This document shows, in pieces, positions 63,115 to 64,000 of a stretch of DNA of 64,000 nt. The stretch covers positions 2,426,525-2,490,524 of the forward strand of contig CM074523.1 in assembly GCA_037379345.1 (NCBI GenBank), read 5' to 3'. The DNA is from Perna viridis (Eukaryota). Under the pieces are notes generated by a model that worked only from the letters and a program-made list of their open reading frames with translations, did no database searches and had not been told where the DNA came from. The position numbers and the translations under genes are program-made. Position 1 is the stretch's first letter. Every line of letters starts with the position of its first letter.

Positions 63115-63657
63115 CTAAAATAGTTAAACAAATAAATTTCAACATAAATAAATACTATACGGTCAAACTTCAACCAATACTCAGTCTTAGGAACCAATCA
63201 ATAATGCATTTAAAAAAACTGAAGTTTGGTGATTTATAGAAATTGTTTGTTCCCTGTCTGATTTGTACTTGATTGTTAGTAATTGTTTAATTCCAATGGA
63301 GTTCTGTTTTAGTTTTTGGGTATATTTCATAGTACTTCATATTTCATACATGTAGTACATATAAATGTGTTAAAGAAATCTGGATTGTTTGAGCAAGTAA
63401 AGTTGAAATATATTGAAATATTTCATCTTGTTACTAAAAAACAACAATGTTCTGTTGAGTGTAGCTGAATCAAACTGTGAAAGATGGAATGCTAATCTCT
63501 CATCAGCTCAGACAGGTATGGACACTAAATTTTGATACTTCACTGGAGTTTGATTGGGATTAAATATTGATACTGAATATCTAGTGTGTTATTATTTGGA
63601 ATGAAAGAATACATGCTCAGGACAATAATCTAGAAATAAAATCTAATGGTTCTTTAA

Positions 63658-63868
63658 AAGGTAGACCTAGGGTAAGGGACACAACTCATAAAAATCATTG
63701 AAACGTTTGTATTCACCATTTTACAACAATCTTATGTAAGCATCTAATTGACTTGGATTCATTTTATTCTGCTTCAAACAAAAGCTTGAGAGGCTTTGGT
63801 AAAATTGAATTTTATGCAAACATATCACCGATTTCATGAGTTATGTCCCTTACCATACGTCTACCTCC
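63658..63868. mobile_element. TTAA-flanked MITE (Kolobok/piggyBac-like)
   Basis: ttaa|aaggtagacctagggtaagggacacaactcat ... atgagttatgtcccttaccatacgtctacctcc|ttaa, long imperfect TIRs. Confidence 0.7.
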
Positions 63869-64000
63869 TTAAGTAACAGAATCATTTCACTTTTCATTTG
63901 TCCTACAATAATGAATGTGTTCTCACATTTTATTTTTCTCTTCTCATAGTAAAGCATCAACTAATTTGTTTATTTTCTTAACATAAAAGTAATAAGATTC

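Overview
AT-rich eukaryotic genomic DNA; the repeat families look like those of bivalve molluscs, probably a mytilid mussel (inference from recalled repeat motifs). The whole window lies inside one large minus-strand gene encoding an LRP1-type giant LDL-receptor-family protein. I traced 57 coding exons by hand (63114 down to 418), all phase-compatible, running from the last LDLa repeat of cluster I through the YWTD beta-propeller/EGF modules and clusters II and III into cluster IV; both gene ends lie outside the window. One intron holds an antisense, disabled B-box/coiled-coil/beta-propeller (TRIM-like) pseudogene. The introns contain many MITEs, Helentron/HINE-like elements, an interspersed repeat family and about 12 minisatellites. 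The most unusual signal is that several intronic tandem arrays are amplified copies of the adjacent exon edge plus its own splice site ('splice-junction echoes'): 3 donors and 3 acceptors, from a young homogeneous 13-copy array to nearly erased relics. Other oddities are a MITE inserted inside a splice donor whose 4-bp target duplication rebuilds the donor, apparent loss of LRP1 propeller 2 with a stop-containing relic left behind, an EGF module with an internally duplicated loop, and a GC-AG intron.
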